Origin: an uncultured Pseudomonadota bacterium
Lineage (GTDB): Bacteria; BMS3Abin14
Reading direction: 5' to 3'
Assembly (NCBI GenBank): GCA_964454175.1
Contig: CAYVSA010000006.1
Span: 1-49,568 of the forward strand
DNA length: 49,568 bases
Positions 47,525 through 49,568 of the stretch are shown here, in pieces; position 1 is the first letter of the stretch, and every line of letters starts with the position of its first letter. A model generated the notes under the pieces. It saw nothing but the letters and a program-made list of their open reading frames with translations. It ran no database searches and had not been told where the DNA came from. The translations under genes were made by a program, and so were the position numbers.

Positions 47525-49360
47525 TCAGGTGCTTCTTATCTCATCGAGCACTTTGTCATCTATTCGGTATTGCGACAGGAAAGATTTTTCAAGTTCTTCC
47601 AGCCTGATGACCTCGATCCCGCTTTTTTTAATGAACTCATTTCTCATTGATGAGTTCCGCTCTTTTATGATCTTCGGAAATACTGATCTGACATAGGTCC
47701 TTTCCAGCTTCAGGTCTTCCAGTGCCCTTCTGTAAACGTCTGTCGAAGTTTGCGGCCTGGTCATTTTCTTTGTAACCAGCATTTTCATGACATCCGTTAC
47801 AAAGGCATTTTCCTCTTTCGGCCCTTTCAGGGAACGCTCAAACTTTTTCATCCACCTTTCCATCGCTGCCTTGATCAGCCGGAACTCACGTTCATCCATG
47901 ACAATACCTTCGAGCTCAGTCAGCAGATCCTGGACAGAGATTTGAGCATTCTTGATCCTGGACAGACCTTTAAACACGATGTTCACTTTCTTCTTCCCGA
48001 AACCCGGGAGGTACGGATTGACCGTGATCGGCTCCACAAACAGCTGGCTGAACAAACCCCTGCGGATCCCCTCGAATATGCTCCAGTTTCGGAGCAGGCT
48101 TCGAAGCCTGTCCTCACTCAGGGTTCCACCTTCGTGAAATGCCAGGCCATTTAAAGAATTATAAACTGCATCGAACCGGTCAAAGTAAGTGACGATCTGC
48201 CCGAATTCTTCCAGGATCGAAGGATCCTTCACCTTTTTACTCTGTTCATCACAAGCCTTACCCACATCGATCAGCACCCTGTCAAATGCCGGGTCCCTGT
48301 TCTCAAGGGCAAGAAGTTTTGACTTCAGCAGCCTGATGAGATCGGTTTTTTCAAGCGTGATGCCTTTTTGCCTTCTTCTGAGAAAGATTGTCTCCAGTAC
48401 GCCCCTGGTGTCTACGAGATATGCTGGCTCCATGACTTTCTCGAACTTCTTGTCCCCGAGAAGCTTTTCATCGAGGATGTCCAGGAGATTCAGAGGGATA
48501 CCCCGGCGCAGCGCCAGGGTCCTGAGTCGCGACATACGTGCGTGATCGTCGAAAAGTATCTTGTCCCTTTTCCATATTTCCACCAGGGCAGCCCTGTATT
48601 CTTCAACAATCCTCCTGTTTTCAGGTCGGCGGTTGAGAATATCAATTTTCATACGTTCCTGTGAGTAGGGGTCTACGGCAAGTTCTTTTGCCAGCAGTTC
48701 CAATTCCGCAGCAGCTTTTGTGTGATCCACCAGTGGATTTGCGTACACCTCTTCCATCTTCTGGTAGTATTCCAGATGTGAAATATTAACCAGCCGCAAC
48801 AGGAAAAAAGCCTGCCCGGCGGATGACCACAACCCGGAAAGTTCCTCGGCGATCCTGGAATCGTCCATATCAAGATCCAGAGGATATCTCTTAAGGGTTC
48901 TGCCCAGAACCCTGAGGATCGCTTCCTGCTGGCCCTCCAGGGGTTTGTCGTCGGGGATGTGAATGAAGAAATAGTAGTTAAATACTGCATGGCCCCTGAA
49001 GAAAATCTCCTTCAGTGTTTCGGACCCGTGTGTCTGGCCGGTAATTCGTATACCTGCGCTGGTGTCCTCCAGTGCACCGAAAAGGACAAGCCTGTTTACC
49101 ACCTCGGGTTTTACCAGGTCTTCTATTGGTTCATCGACTCCGAACATATATGGACAAAAACTCCCACCGTTCCCCGCGTGGGTTATCGTATCAGGCCCGA
49201 GGACAAACTCGCTCCCCCCGTAAAAGAACCGGTGCCATCTGGCATCGTCCCTGTCAGTTATTTCGTGGAAGTAACGATGCCCCAGATCGTCTCCCCACAG
49301 GGTGGCGAAGAACTCCAGATTCCGGCCCATTTTTCCATGAATTCTATAGTCCTTGATCAT
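47525..49360 (-). CDS. conserved deltaproteobacterial protein, TIGR04442-like (611 aa)
   Basis: N-terminal KD.R.HG, RFF...SEF, GNGGSFC.YMFGV..P..DL.K..V.NRLV.FGA, ER.KID, LRTL..R and YFDRFD motifs, matched from memory to the Geobacter TIGR04442 family. Confidence 0.7.
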   Translation of the reverse strand: MIKDYRIHGKMGRNLEFFATLWGDDLGHRYFHEITDRDDARWHRFFYGGSEFVLGPDTITHAGNGGSFCPYMFGVDEPIEDLVKPEVVNRLVLFGALEDTSAGIRITGQTHGSETLKEIFFRGHAVFNYYFFIHIPDDKPLEGQQEAILRVLGRTLKRYPLDLDMDDSRIAEELSGLWSSAGQAFFLLRLVNISHLEYYQKMEEVYANPLVDHTKAAAELELLAKELAVDPYSQERMKIDILNRRPENRRIVEEYRAALVEIWKRDKILFDDHARMSRLRTLALRRGIPLNLLDILDEKLLGDKKFEKVMEPAYLVDTRGVLETIFLRRRQKGITLEKTDLIRLLKSKLLALENRDPAFDRVLIDVGKACDEQSKKVKDPSILEEFGQIVTYFDRFDAVYNSLNGLAFHEGGTLSEDRLRSLLRNWSIFEGIRRGLFSQLFVEPITVNPYLPGFGKKKVNIVFKGLSRIKNAQISVQDLLTELEGIVMDEREFRLIKAAMERWMKKFERSLKGPKEENAFVTDVMKMLVTKKMTRPQTSTDVYRRALEDLKLERTYVRSVFPKIIKERNSSMRNEFIKKSGIEVIRLEELEKSFLSQYRIDDKVLDEIRST

Positions 49361-49427
49361 CCCGCGTATCTTATAATATTCAGTTATTAAATCAAATTAC
49401 ATATTTGTGACATAATTGAGAGCTGCT

Positions 49428-49460
49428 TAATAGACATTAGAGCATTAGAAATTGGATATT
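49428..49460. repeat. 7-bp degenerate tandem repeat (reverse complement of the TCYAATN family)
   Basis: aatagac attagag c attagaa attggat att. Confidence 0.6.
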
Positions 49461-49466
49461 ATTTAG

Positions 49467-49508
49467 CCCCCCTCTCCTCAGTCCTCTCCCGCCAGGGGAG
49501 AGGAGGAG
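49467..49508. repeat. REP-like palindrome
   Basis: CCCCCCTCTCCTCAG then stem TCCTCTCCC (49482-49490) / GGGAGAGGA (49496-49504). Confidence 0.6.
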
Positions 49509-49527
49509 TCGCATCACGATAACCACA

Positions 49528-49568
49528 TTTGACGTTGGACGTTAGACCTTGGACATTAGACCTTGGAC
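49528..49568. repeat. 6 x 7-bp degenerate tandem repeat (TTRGACN), runs off the window end
   Basis: tttgacg ttggacg ttagacc ttggaca ttagacc ttggac. Confidence 0.8.

Overview
Gene-dense bacterial chromosomal segment, nearly all on the minus strand. Gene content and order (pgpA-cinA-thpR-recA-pilT-recX-alaS, a gspC-N cluster, a TIGR04442-like protein) suggest a deltaproteobacterial (Desulfobacterota-like) lineage. From left to right: (1) a lipoprotein gene; (2) a type II secretion cluster gspCDEFGHI-KLMN with no gspJ, headed by a stop/start-overlapped 819-aa lipoprotein with three FnIII-like repeats, itself overlapped with recA-pilT-recX-alaS; (3) housekeeping genes (thpR, cinA/pncC, pgpA, RDD, gpsA, pfk, rsmI, mreBCD-mrdA-rodA, ppiD-like chaperone, SAM methyltransferase, rlmD); (4) a ~13-kb co-oriented signalling/envelope cluster: TIGR04442-like protein, membrane-anchored 8x Ig-like stalk plus beta-propeller, zinc-ribbon/FHA, HAMP-HD-GYP, TPR lipoprotein, small unknown protein, M23 peptidase, multi-GAF sigma-54 activator and a PK-C-like protein. 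Cluster (4) is the best candidate for an undescribed system. Intergenic DNA is rich in degenerate 7-bp tandem tracts and palindromic REP/MITE-like elements and includes a 202-bp tandem duplication. Two genes appear to need non-canonical start codons (CTG for mreD, ATT for the TPR lipoprotein). I saw no rRNA, tRNA, CRISPR array or transposase. All family assignments come from motif recognition and memory, not database searches.
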